Shown one piece after another: positions 1 through 12,214 of a DNA stretch of 64,000 nucleotides. A model generated the notes under the pieces. It was given only the letters and a program-made list of their open reading frames with translations. It had not been told where the DNA came from and ran no database searches. Every line of letters starts with the position of its first letter. Positions within the stretch are counted from its first letter, which is position 1. Position numbers and translations under genes: made by a program. Origin of the DNA: Eledone cirrhosa (Eukaryota); assembly GCA_964016885.1 (NCBI GenBank), contig OZ024744.1, forward strand, positions 5,704,001 through 5,768,000, in the 5' to 3' direction.

Positions 1-1223
1 CCGGTAATATGTTTAACCCCAGGCGTCTCACTGCCAACACTAAGGTACTGAGTACCTTGATCGGGGAATTTTTATATGCAGATGATTGTGATCTCTTTGC
101 ACACTCCCAGAGTGACATGCAACACCTTATGGATTCTTTTTCCAATGTGTGCAGTGCTTTGGGACTGACAATCAGTCTGAAGAAGAGTGTCGTCATGTAC
201 CAAACTGCTCCGGATAAAGTTTTCAAGGAACCCTCCATATACATATACGGTCAAAAGCTGAAGGCTGCTGACTCATTTGTGTATTTGGGGAGTACTCTGA
301 GTGTGGCCTGCTCTCTGATGTTTTTCTGTGTATTAGCAAAGCAAGTGAGTCATTTGGAAGGCTCAGCAACGATCTTTGGTGCAGGCAAGAAATCACAATG
401 AAGACCAAGTTGAGAGTGTGTGCTGCATGTGTACTGTCAGCTTCGCTGAATGCGTGTGAGACATGGGTTCACTATAAACGGCATCTCCACAGACTGGAAC
501 AATTTCACCAGCAGTGTCTCAGAAAATGCTCGGTATCAAGTGGCAGATGCATGTGAGTGATGTTGAGGTCCTTGAGAGAAGTGAGTGTCGGAGCATTGAG
601 AGTATAATCCACCAACGACGTTTGAGATGGACCGGACACCTTTGCAGAATGGAGGATGATCGAATCCCAAAACAACTCTTGTATGGCGAGCTTTGTAAAG
701 GTAAGAGACCACCCCACAAACCAAAGCTCTGATTCAAGGATTGTGTAAAGGACTCATTGAAAAAGAAACTGGTTTGATGGTGGCTGACTGGGAGATAGAA
801 GCTCTTGAAAGAGAAACTTGGCGTGGAATGGTGAATGATAGGTCCATAACTTTGAGGACAGGCGCATAGAGTACGAGAAGATCAAACGGGATGTCCGTAA
901 GCAATGCCCTGATGTATCTGTCGAAATGACCGGTGTCTCCATTGACTTGAAGTGGGTTGAGTGTGGAAACATTTGCTTGAGAAAATCTGGTCTCAGGAGT
1001 AACAGTCGCAGCCATGTTCAAAGAGAACCAGTGAACTATGATCTCCACGGTGTTGTGAGAGTTCACGGGCAGCCTGATGCAGGACCTCAAGCCAGGGAGA
1101 TCCATAGTCGTCAGTGTTTGAAGGAGTGAAAGTCTCTAGCAGGCTTGAAAAGCCATATCCGAGAGTGACATATTTGAATCTGACAAGCGATTGCAATACT
1201 CTTGGCAGTGTTTGCAACCATCA
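1..1223 (+). mobile_element. RTE/BovB-type LINE, 3' portion (RT C-terminal part), frameshifted; runs off the left edge of the window
   Basis: ORF 9-401 contains RT motif LYADD. ORF 514-732 contains QRRLRWTGHLCRMEDDRIPKQLLYGEL..GKRP, typical of the RTE clade. Ends in ...caaccatcat followed by (ATGT)n. Confidence 0.9.
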
Positions 1224-1237
1224 TGTATGTATGTATG

Positions 1238-1710
1238 TACAAAGGGCGGAAGAACTCATAAGAGTCAACAGCCATCCAAAAGTGTGTAAATATGTATATA
1301 CACATGTACATGTGTGTGTATATGTGTATATGCATGGGTGCATGTGTATGTATATGCGCGGGGACACAGAAATAGTCGGGTTGGACACCCGATCGCGCGG
1401 TTAAACCACTGGGAGTGAAGAACCCCTAGCCTTTGTCAGGGCATTCTTCTAGGAGAAGGCAACTCAGGTAACTGGGATAACCCCGATATAAAACCTGCAG
1501 CTCTGTAGTTACCGATGATGTTGATCTTTTCTTCTTTTCGGGTTATAGCTACTGTCTCTCAGAGAGTGGGATTGGCTCAGTGTACAGTCTTTCCTCACTT
1601 TAAAAAAGATCTTCACGCACAGGCATTGCACGATAGAATTAATTAATTATTATTAATAATGGTATATCGTGCAATGGCCATACTCGATAACGAAGGGCAG
1701 CCATCATCAT
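1238..1710 (+). mobile_element. Non-autonomous RTE-derived element, family 2 (5'-truncated copy)
   Basis: Near-identical to 5877-6346. Contains the ctaggagaaggcaactc motif, an RTE-like 3' hairpin and an (ATGT)n tail; no ORF. Confidence 0.7.
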
Positions 1711-1728
1711 GTATATATGTATGTATGT

Positions 1729-1837
1729 TCTTCTGGTTTTATAATTTCACAAATTGTTTCCCAATAAAGAGAGAGTCGGTTTCTAACATAGACACAAGAC
1801 TCTCTCACTGGAATTTACACAACATCAACTAGGTAGA
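1729..1837 (-). mobile_element. R4/Dong LINE 3'-terminal fragment
   Basis: Same sequence as the 3' terminus of the coding copy at 27552-30545; abuts (ATGT)n. Confidence 0.75.
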
Positions 1838-1844
1838 TTATATA

Positions 1845-2136
1845 GCAGGATAACCACCCGCAACACCAGTCAACAAAGACCTGGTGAAACAATGTGTGCG
1901 ATATGTAACAAAGTGTGTAGAACTAGTTCTGGGCTAAAAAGACACATGGGGGGGGGGGGAGTACATAAAGATTGCTTCCCACAGGGTGACACCATCTCTC
2001 TTATGTCACTTGTGTCGTAAGCCATGCAAATCTACAACTGTCCTACAAAGTCATCAACGAAATCATGGACACAGATGGGATAACAATGAAGAATCAATAA
2101 GAAATGGCAATTGTCTGTGAAGACACTGCAATCCTT
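1845..2136 (+). mobile_element. RTE 3'-end fragment (zinc-finger region plus tail)
   Basis: Homologous to 4758-5064 of the RTE copy; followed by (ATGT)n. Confidence 0.7.
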
Positions 2137-2143
2137 ATGTATG

Positions 2144-2177
<34 letters not shown>

Positions 2178-2181
2178 TGTA

Positions 2182-2490
2182 TGTTCTTTTTGGTAAATAT
2201 CATCTTGGTTAAGAGAGTGGGACTGGCTTTGTGCAGTGCCTTTGCTCACTATAAAAGCTTCACGGCACAGGCATTGCTTTATATCTGGAGATCTCTCTGC
2301 ACTTGTCATCACATGGTACCATGGGCCCAGGACTATGTGTCAATATTTGTCACAAGTGTAGTGTTTGTACCAGAGTCTTCAAGTAGCTGGCTGGACTAAA
2401 AAGTCACACTTGTTCAGCGCATCGGTAGGGGTTCTCCTACATGGATATAAAGTAGTGGCCGTACTCGAAAACGAGTTGGCAGCCACCATA
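2182..2490 (+). mobile_element. Non-autonomous RTE-derived element, family 1 (3' half)
   Basis: Matches 5398-5694 and 8810-9118; (ATGT)n on both sides. Confidence 0.75.
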
Positions 2491-2509
2491 TAAGTATGTA
2501 TGTATGTAT

Positions 2510-2817
2510 GTTCTTCTGGTTTTATAATTTCACAAAGTTTTACCAATAGAGAGAGAGTCGGTTTCTAACATAGACACAAGACTCTCTCATTGGAATTTAC
2601 ACAATATCAACTAGGTAGATATGTATGTATGATTGCATGTGTAGATATGGATGTTATTGTATGTGTGGATGTGGATGTTTTGAGTTGTATGTATGCATGT
2701 GTATATGCTTTGCATCTGTACATGTGTATATGCAGCTATTAGATGCAAAATGTTTGGAATGTTTTACATATTTTTACTGTTCCATTAATGGATTGTACTT
2801 GTAATTTCCTAACTAGG
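2510..2817 (-). mobile_element. R4/Dong LINE, 5'-truncated (3' UTR only)
   Basis: Matches 27552-27867; (ATGT)n on both sides. Confidence 0.8.
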
Positions 2818-2839
2818 TATGTATGTATGTATGTATGTA

Positions 2840-5064
2840 TCAAAAAACCATAAAAAATCGTTCAGCGTTGGGAGGAACATTTCACTGACCTGTTTGACAA
2901 CCCTTCAGGGGTTAATTTTAGAGTGATAGAGGATCTTCCTCAATATGAAACAGTCCACAGTATAGATCAACTTCCCTCTGCTGATGAAATAACGTTGGCG
3001 GTCAAGTAGGTTAACTCTGTCAGAGCACCAGGTCCAGATGGTATCCCAGTAGAACTGCTGAAAGTCGGCAGTGATAATGTAACAGAAGCAATAACAACTT
3101 CATCACTGATTGCTGGAATGGGACCCAGGTTCCGCAAGACTGGATCAACGGTATTCTGTTATTATACAAAGGCAAAGGTGAAAAAAAGATACGTGGAAAC
3201 TACCGTGGCATCACTTTGTTGGAAGCTGTTGGCAAGGTTCTCGCAAGACTTTTGCTCATCAGACTGGATGAGGATATCTGTCATGTAGCTATCTCAGAAT
3301 CACAGAGTGGTTTTATAAGAGGAAGGGGAACAGTTGACATGATTTCCTCTGTAAGACAAATACAAGAAAACTGCATTGAGGAGTGCGTCTCCCTATATCA
3401 AGTCTTTGTCGACCTAACGAAGACCTTTGACACAGTTAACAGAGATATATTCTGGAAAATACTTGGAAAAGTAGGATGTCAACCCAAGTTTGTGAGTATG
3501 CTAAAGTAGCTGATTAAAAATATGAAAGCTTGGGTTACTTTCAATTGTCAGCTATCTGGGGAAATCTCAATTGAAAATGGAGTAAAGAAAGGTGATATTC
3601 CTGCTCCTACGCTTTTCTCCATCTTCTTTGCTGCCTTGCTCACACATTCTTTCCTTGATTGTGACAGGGGCTCTCTTACGGTTCAGAACCACTAGAAAGT
3701 GTTTTAACTTAAGAAGGTTTAATGCCACGACAAAATATTTTCAAGCTCTGATCAGAGACCTTTTTTACGCTGACGACGCTGATTTCCTAGCACACACAGA
3801 AGCTGACATGCAACACATTATGGACGTTTTCTCATCTTCGTGTACAGCATTTGGGCTTACAATCAGCCTTAAAAAGACGAAGTGATGTTTACCCCCTGCT
3901 CCTTGAGAACCATATACTTAACCCAATATCATGGTTGATGGAACCAGGTTGGGAGTAGCACACTCTCAAATGATAGCTTCTTGGATGCTACATACATCTG
4001 AGCAGCCAGAAGGCCTTTGTTGCCTTCGAAAAATTAGAAAAGAGAGTTTGGGCAAATCACAACATTACCAACAATACCAAGGTGTGTGTGTATAGATCAT
4101 GTGTTCTGTATGCTCTTTTATACTCCGCTGAAACCTGAACACTATTCCGCAATCACACTAAATTTCTGGAGTGCTTTCAGCAGAAATGATTAATGCGCAT
4201 ATTCAACATCAAGTGGCAAGATAGAACTCCTGACATCCATGTCCTTATCAACGCAGAATGTCCAAGCATAGAGTACCAAGTAACAACTTCTTAAATGCTC
4301 TGGACAGGACTTATCGTCTGCATGAAAGAAAGCAGGATCCGGAAGCTCCATCTTGGAAAAAGGCCTCAACACAAACCGAAATAGAGGTTCAGGGAGAGCA
4401 TCAAGAACAATCTCAAAGAGCTGACATTTGATATAGACAACTGGAAGGAGATAGCTCTAAATAGGGCTGGGTGGAGATACCACATAAAGGGCAGTTGCAA
4501 AACTTTTGAGGAATGTCGTCTAGAATATAAACAATTGAAGTGTCAACTCCGGAAGAACTGTGCTCACAGTCTTGATGATGTCATCAGTAGCTGGACATAC
4601 AAGTTCTGTCAACGTGTACTCCTCTCAAAGGCTGGTTAGGGTTAGGCGGAAGGGCTGTACTCACAGTCTTGATGATGTCATCAGTAGCTGGACATACAAG
4701 TCCTGTCAACGTGTACTCCTCTCAAAGGCTGGTTATCTTAGACACCTGAAGTCATGTCAGCAGGATAACCACCCGCAACACCACTCAACAAAGACCTGGT
4801 AAAACAACGTGTGTGGTATGCAACAAAGTGTCGAGAACTAGTTGTGGACTAAACAGACACATGGTGGTACATAAAGATTGTGTCCCACAGGCTGACACCA
4901 TCGGTCCTGTGGGAGGCACAACTCTCTTCTGTATCCTGTGTCATAAACCATGTAGATCTACAGCTGGCCTACAAACTCATCTACGGAGTTATGGATGTGG
5001 ATGGGATGACAATGAAGAATCAATAAGAGACAGCAGTCGTCTGTGAAGACGCTGCAATCCTCAT
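2840..5064 (+). mobile_element. RTE/BovB-type LINE, 5'-truncated, degenerate RT plus C-terminal C2H2-like zinc fingers
   Basis: RT motifs in ORFs 3216-3509 (QSGF..GRGTVDMI, VFVDLTKTFDTVNR) and 3592-3885 (FYADDADF). CxxC..H motifs in ORF 4813-5046. (ATGT)n at both ends. Confidence 0.9.
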
Positions 5065-5098
5065 GTATGTATATATGTATATATATATATATATATAT

Positions 5099-5694
5099 GT
5101 CAGGTCACCAGTTGGTGCTACTGGTAACATGTATCCCAGTACAACCTGTCTCATGGTCGGGTCGTTGGCGACTAAACTGGCAACCCCACCAAGGTTTCTT
5201 GGTGAGGAGGGTGACTTTGGACATCCTGCAGGACTAAAAACAAAACCTGTCAAAGGGCAAAGGAGCTCTTAAGAGTCAATGGCCATCCAAAATCACTGGG
5301 AGAGATGACCCCTTAGCCTTTGTCAAGGCAGAATTCTAGGAGAAGGAAAACTCTGATATAACACCTGCAACCCTGATGGTATCCAATGATGTTGACTTGT
5401 TCTTCTTTTTGGTAAATATCATCTTGGTTAAGGGAGTGGGACTGGCTTTGTGCAGTGCCTTTGCTCACTATAAAAGCTTCACGGCACAGGCATTGCTTTA
5501 TATCTGGAGATCTCTCTGCACTTGTCGTCACATGGTACCATGGACCCAGCACTATGTGTCAATAATTGTCACAAGTGTAGTGTTTGTACCAGAGTTTTCA
5601 AGTCGCTGGCTGGACTAAAAAGTCACACTTGTTCAGCGCATCGGTAGGGGTTCTCCTACATGGATATAAAGTAGTGGCCGTACTCGAAAACGAG
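5099..5694 (+). mobile_element. Non-autonomous RTE-derived element, family 1 (near full length, ~600 bp)
   Basis: Near-identical to 8508-9118. Contains ctaggagaaggaaaactctga, which I recognise as an RTE 5'-UTR motif, and the 3' hairpin actcg-aaaa-cgagt; no ORF. Confidence 0.75.
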
Positions 5695-5727
5695 TATGTA
5701 TGTATGTATGTATGCATGTATGCATAT

Positions 5728-6346
5728 GTCGGGTCACTCTTGAGTGTTACTGGTAACACGTAACCCAGTACAACCTGTCGCAAGGTCGCCTCTTCGGCAA
5801 CTAAACCGGCAACCCCACGAAGTTCCTTGGTGCGGAGGGTGATTTTGGGCACCCTGCAGGACAAAAAACAAAATCTGACAAAGGGTAGAAGAACTCATAA
5901 GAATCAACGGCCATCCAAAAGTGTGTAAATATGTATATACACATGTACATATGTATGTATATGAGTATATACGTGGGTGCATGTGTATGTATATGAGCGG
6001 GGACAAAGAAATAGTCGGGCTGGATACCCGATCGCGCAGTTAAATCACTGGGAGTGAAGGACCTCTAGCCCTTGTCAGAGCATTCTTCTAGGAGAAGGCA
6101 ACTCAAGAAACTGGAATAACTCCGAAGTAAAACCTGCGTCTCAGTAGTTACCGATGATGTTGATCTTGTCTTCTTTCCGGGTTATAGCTACTGTCGCTCA
6201 GAGTGGGATTAGCTCAGTGCACAGTATTTTCTCACGTTAAAAAATATCTTCATGCACAGGCATTGCTCGATAGATTAATTAATAATTATTAATAATGGTA
6301 TATCGTGCAATGGCCATACTCAATAACGAGGGGGCAGCCATCATCA
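5728..6346 (+). mobile_element. Non-autonomous RTE-derived element, family 2 (full length, ~620 bp)
   Basis: 5' ~180 bp homologous to family 1; 3' part matches 1238-1710; inserted in (ATGT)n. Confidence 0.7.
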
Positions 6347-6384
6347 TGTATGTATGTATATACGTATGTATATATATATATATG

Positions 6385-7912
6385 TTCTGGTTTTATAATT
6401 GCACAAATGTTTACCAATAGAGAGAGAGTCGGTTCCTAACATAGACACAAGACTCTCTCATTGGAATTTACACAACATCAACTAGGTAGATATGTCTCAT
6501 CAGTTCTGCTTAAATATTCTCCTTTTCACTAATCTTTGATATTATATTGGCATCTGCTGGGCAGCTAATTTCCACTACTGTGCATGTTTTCTTCTCCCTG
6601 TTCCATATCATATCTGGTCAGTTATGCCTGCATTTTATTGGGGTTTTACTGGAACATTACACCAGTTTTCTTTCATATTATGTACATGGATGTCTTCCAC
6701 ATTGTTGTAGCTTTTAATGTGTTTATTATCGGGGCTATATTTCATACGGATTGCATTATACAGTGTTTTGGCCACTACATCATGCCTCATAGGTAGATAG
6801 TACCGCGATGACATCTTTGGGCAGCTGCTGATGACATGGGTGATATCCTCGATGTTAGTTCTGCAGAGTCTGCACTTGTTATCACATGTAGGTGTTTTGC
6901 CTGCATCCCTATCTCTTTTGTCAATCAGGAATTTCGTGTTAATCTCCTGTTCCTGGATTGCAAAAGCATATCCTTCAAAGTGGGAGCCAATATAGCGGTT
7001 GTTGGTCCAAGATAGACTACTTTCCTTATCTATATTACTCTCACCCTGGAGCTTCTTGGCAACATATCCATGCATGATTTTTTGCTGATAAGCATGCAGT
7101 TTCTCATCCATGGATTCACTGCAATACTGCTGAGCGACATCCCTGGGTGTGAGTTTTAGATTATCACACAGGGAATATCTTTCAAGGAGTTCCTTCCCAA
7201 CTCCCATGATCTTATCTGTCTCATGAAGATAGATCTGCTCGAGACGGGCTCCTACGCTTCGAGGTTCGTAGATGTTGTCGGAGGGATATGATGCGACATT
7301 CAAATGTTGTCTGGACTGATGTTAGGCCTCTGCCTCCCTGCTACATTTCAAGTAAAGGCGGTCTATGTCACTGTTGATGTGGAAGTTTCCGGTGTTGTTT
7401 AGTATTTTTCGAGTCCTAACATCACTTGCTCGGATTTTGTCTGTTGTCCACTCGAGTATTCCAAAGGTTGGTGTTAGGACAGGCACAGCAAACACATTGT
7501 GAGCCACTGTTTTGTTTTGCGTAGAGAGTTCCGATGACCAGATCTTTCTTAATCGGGTGTAGTATTCCCTGGTGACGCGTTCTTTATTACAGATACCATT
7601 ATAGGATATGTTCTCATCTATCCCCAGGTATCTGTAGCAGTCCTCATCAGATATCGGTGAAACAGTTAGGCCATTGATACAAATGTTGCTAGATTGGGTT
7701 GTTGTTTTACTCCGCTTTACATTCATATATGAACATTTATCTTGGCCAAACTCCATTCCTATATCCTTTGAGAACGTTGTAACCAGGTCAAGACTTTTCT
7801 TCATCCCATCTATGTTCTTGACATAGAGTTTCAGATCGTCCACAAAGAAATTATGGGTTAGGTTCGTATTTCTGTCCTGTGAGCTAATGATGTATCCTTC
7901 ACATTTCTTGAT
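6385..7912 (-). mobile_element. R4/Dong-clade LINE, 5'-truncated and internally deleted
   Basis: RT VDDLKLY...YRYLGI (ORF 7322-7843). CCHC knuckle CRLCRTNIEDITHVISSC and RHD motif (ORF 6635-7303). Confidence 0.9.
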
Positions 7913-7949
7913 CAGTTGGTTAACCGATTTCCTCTAAGTTGGTTAACCG

Positions 7950-8210
7950 CGGTGAATGGCCAAATACGGTCAGACTAAACCCAACAGGTAAAAGGTAGCG
8001 TCCTGCCTCTCAAGCTGTACAGAAACAGAAATTGAAGTTTGCTTTTTGGAATATCAGAATCAGAAAGGTGTTCAGTTCTGGTTGCAAATGAACTTTCAAG
8101 ACTGAATATTGACATCACTGCTCCTCGTGAAGTACGCATCAAAGAGATCAACCTTTAAGAACACGATGTCAGTTATATCTTCTACTGGTCTGGCAAGCTA
8201 AAAACTGAAA
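7950..8210 (+). mobile_element. RTE LINE fragment (start of the AP-endonuclease domain), degenerate
   Basis: Manual translation gives KLKFAFWNIR, VANELSRLNIDI and YIFYWSG. Confidence 0.6.
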
Positions 8211-8225
8211 ATATATGTATGTATG

Positions 8226-8483
8226 TTCTGGTTTTATAATTTCACAATTTTTTCCCAATAGAGAGAGACAGTTGGTTTCTAACAGACACAAGACTCTCTC
8301 ATTGGAATTTACACATCAACTAGGTAGATATATATGCATGTCTGCATGTGTAGATATGGATGTTATTGTATGTGTGGATGTGGATGTTTTGAGTTGTATG
8401 TGTGCATGTGTATATGCTTTGTATCTGTACATGTGTATATGCAGTTATTAGATGCAAAAGTTTTGGAATGTTTTACATATTAT
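8226..8483 (-). mobile_element. R4/Dong LINE 3' fragment
   Basis: Matches 2510-2770; (ATGT)n on both sides. Confidence 0.8.
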
Positions 8484-8507
8484 TTATGTATGTATGTATG
8501 TACGTAT

Positions 8508-9118
8508 GTCAGGTAACCAGTTGGTGCTACTGGTAACATGTATCCCAGTACAACCTGTCTCATGGTCGGGTCGTTGGCGACTAAACTGGCAACCCCACCA
8601 AGGTTTCTTGGTGAGGAGGGTGACTTTGGACATCCTGCAGGACTAAAAACAAAACCTGTCAAAGGGCAAAGGAGCTCTTAAGAGTCAATGGCCATCCAAA
8701 ATCAGCGGGAGAGATGACCTCTTAGCCTTTGTCAAGGCAGAATTCTAGGAGAAGGAAAACTCTGATATAACACCTGCAACCCTGATGGTATCCAATGATG
8801 TAGACTTGTTCTTCTTTTTGGTAAATATCATCTTGGTTAAGAGAGTGGGACTGGCTTTGTGCAGTGCCTTTGCTCACTATAAAAGCTTCACAGTACAGGC
8901 ATTGCTTTATATCTGGAGATCTCTCTGCACTTGTCGTCACATGTTACCATGGGCCCAGCACTATGTGTCAATAATTGTCACAAGTGTAGTGATTGTGCCA
9001 GAGTTTTCAAGTCGCTGGCTGGACTAAAAAGTCACACTCGTTCAGTGCATCTGTAGGGGGTTCTCCTACATGGATATAAAGTAATGGCCGTACTCGAAAA
9101 CGAGTTGGCAGCCACCAT
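8508..9118 (+). mobile_element. Non-autonomous RTE-derived element, family 1 (full length)
   Basis: Near-identical to 5099-5694; ends gcagccaccat followed by (GTAT)n. Confidence 0.75.
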
Positions 9119-9134
9119 GTATGTATGTATGTAG

Positions 9135-9620
9135 TCTCTCTTAATTTTGCGCATACTTTAGTCGGCCACCTTTCTGTGACAAGGTTGTAAAGAATAAGCA
9201 ATTGTCACCGTCCAATGTGTAGACTGTCATCTTTTGAATTGGTGGAATATTTCACAGATGTTGAAGGTTCCAGATATCGCGGTCATTTGTAGCTCATGAA
9301 TTAAGGAGCTACGTCCTTTCTTAACAAATCCTATTTCAATCATTCTCCTATAAAGTTGGCATATTACCTGTAGCTCCAATTATAATAACTATGAATCTGA
9401 ACGTGTATCTTACTAACTCTTCCTCATCAATGGCGTAGATATCTTCCTTCTCTTCTATTTTTCTTACTATATTGTCATCGATTAGGCAGCTGACTTCTAG
9501 AACAGATGTTTTTAATGTGTTGTCCCACACAACAATATCATGAGATTTTAACCGGTCCTGGACTCCCTTAATTTCCGTCACGTATCTGATGTGATACTGG
9601 TAACATGAAGACTGGTACAA
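9135..9620 (-). mobile_element. Fragment of a second R4/Dong-like LINE family (restriction-like endonuclease region)
   Basis: ORF 9348-9620 reads DIVVWD...LEVSC...KIEEKEDIY...IIIGATG. The 3' side abuts (ATGT)n. Confidence 0.65.
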
Positions 9621-9639
9621 CCTACAGTAAAATCGGGTT

Positions 9640-10312
9640 GTCAGCGTCTATACCAACATCTCATCTAGATTTGTTTACTAGAAAGCCAACAAGACTAAAC
9701 CAGAACATGTCAAAGAAGATATTCAATGAGATAGAACTAAGAAAACCAAAGTTGAACAGAAAAAAAACGAATGGAATAACAACAACCTTACCCAAATAAA
9801 CAATACTGTCTTAAGGGAAAATATAAATAAACAAATATATATATACACAAGTACAATAACCACAAACACAGATAAACACACACTAGTGAACACAGATAGA
9901 ATACAAAACACGTACACTCAAACACGAACACACAAACCAAACTGGAAACACACACGCAAACGCGTGCGCAAACAGGGACAGAGACAAGAAGAAATAAATA
10001 AAATAAAAATGGCGTAGGGAGAAAACATAATAGTACCACTGATGATGATGTCACAGATGTGTGACGAAAGAACTTTGATAGACTATATATATATATTTAT
10101 ATCATATATAGTCTATCAAAGTTGTTTATATATTTATATCTGTATTTTTAGCCGTTGGTCAATCATGATAAACATTGATTACCAAATAAATTAACTATGG
10201 AGATATAAAAGATACTGAAGCGAAAACCAACCTAAACGAAACAGTGAGTGTGTATTATTATTATTTCTGGCAATATTATAATAATAATATGTCCCTCCCC
10301 AAATATAACAAT
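9640..10312 (+). mobile_element. PLE 3' end/pseudo-LTR related to the 59.2-63.7 kb family, with a minimal hammerhead at 10035-10079
   Basis: Shares gtcacaga..gtgtgacgaaagaactttga and ccctccccaaatataacaatat with 59251-59634; ends at (TA)n. Confidence 0.7.
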
Positions 10313-10896
10313 ATATATATATATATATATATATGTAATTTAATTTTTTTGATTTTTTTAGTTAATTCTATTAACTGATTAATAGCTTATGTTAATTTTA
10401 AAAACTATTCTGTCCAGAGTTTAATTCGTTTTGTGATATTTTGCAATTTTGCAATAACCACACATACTGAATTCATCCGCCAAGACTAGGGGATGTCTCC
10501 CATCTAACCCCCACGTGGGTTCAGATAACGGTCAGTTCCTTAGCTTTGCATAGAACTAAATGCCTGTTGAAAAAGTGACTTCCTTGTTCGATGATCATAC
10601 CATTATTTGTTTAAGCAGACAGTACCGGATTTAGAGTTGCAGAAACCCCATATTGGATTTTACCACCGTTTCCAAGGGTCCGGGTATAATTTTCTATCAT
10701 ATTTTATTATTTGTTTGAACCGAATAGCTTGGTCGTTTCTATGGCTTTGCGGTGAATGGTTTAACCATCGTCTCAGTGTGTTTGGCCTTTTAACGTATGT
10801 TGTTACTCTAGTTCACTCGTTTCTATGGAGCGCTTACCACACATCTCGGAAGTTGTTTTTCGCTAATTTCCAATAGCCGAAATGCGATTATCGCTA

Positions 10897-10954
<58 letters not shown>

Positions 10955-10999
10955 ATATATATATTTATATGTATGTACACATACATACATATAGACATA

Positions 11000-11990
11000 C
11001 ATAGTACCAAAATAACCATCACGCTAAAGGAAATCAATTATTTAACCAACTTCGGAATTAAAACCAGTAATTTTTAAGGATTGCCGAAAGTTCACAAATC
11101 CAGAGAAATCCAAAACAACATAAAAGGCAAAAATACATCATATGTTGAAGTACCAAAACCGACAGATTTCAAATTACGCCCAATTGTTGCCGGTCCAGAC
11201 TTAAGCACACAACGTCTAAGCAACCTATTAGACATCATACTGAAACCCTTATGTAAAAAAGTGCCAAGCTTCATCAGAGATGATATTGAATTCCTGAACT
11301 ATATCCCCCAGAAAGTACACCAAGAAACAATCTTAGTCAGCTTTGACGTAACAAGCCTATATACTAACATCTCACACGACTTAGAAGTTGAAGCTGTTGA
11401 CTTCTGGATTACAAAACATCCAGACTACATTTCAGAGAGATTCTCCAAAAAATTTATTTTGGAAGGACTCAAACTAGAACTGGAGAACAACCATTTCCTC
11501 TTTGATAACGAACTATATTTACAAATAAAAGGAACGGCCATGTGTACCAAAGTGGCCCCAACATATGCAACACTCGTTATGGGCCACCTGGAGGCAAAAT
11601 TACATTCCAAACTGCAGGAAACATGCAGTTGTGACTTCGCCACCTACATTAATCACAACTGGAAACGTTACCTAGACGACTGCTTCATCTTCTGGAATAG
11701 AAGCCAAGAAGACCTTCAAAGATTCCATTCCATCATAAACAATCTTCACGAAGAAATAAAATTCACCATGGAATGTAATAAAAAGGAACTACCATTTCTA
11801 GATATCCTTATCATTAAAGAAGGGGAAAATATCAAAACGGACTTATTTTACAAACCAACAGACAGACACCAATAATTGAATTTCCGTTCAGCACACCCAT
11901 CACATACCAAAAGGAACATTCCCTTTAACATGGCAAGACGCATTTGCACCAAAGTATGTGAATCCGATTTTGTGACATGACGCAGGCAAT
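11000..11990 (+). mobile_element. Penelope-like element RT fragment (Neptune-type)
   Basis: ORF 11081-11875: PKVHK, RPIVAGP, SFDVTSLYTNI, GTAM.TKVAPTYA, RYLDDCFIFW, LPFLD, YKPTD. Confidence 0.85.
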
Positions 11991-12174
11991 AAAAAAACAA
12001 CAACAAAAAAATACGCCGTTCTTTTCTTGCGGCCGGCTGAAATATCTCATCTGAGGACACCGTTCGCATAACAGCAACAAACGCATGAATTATATCTTGG
12101 ATTGCAGAAGAGAACTGTTGTAATAATTCTTATCAATAAACGATTTATGTAACAACACCATCTTTCTTAATGTT

Positions 12175-12208
<34 letters not shown>

Positions 12209-12214
<6 letters not shown>

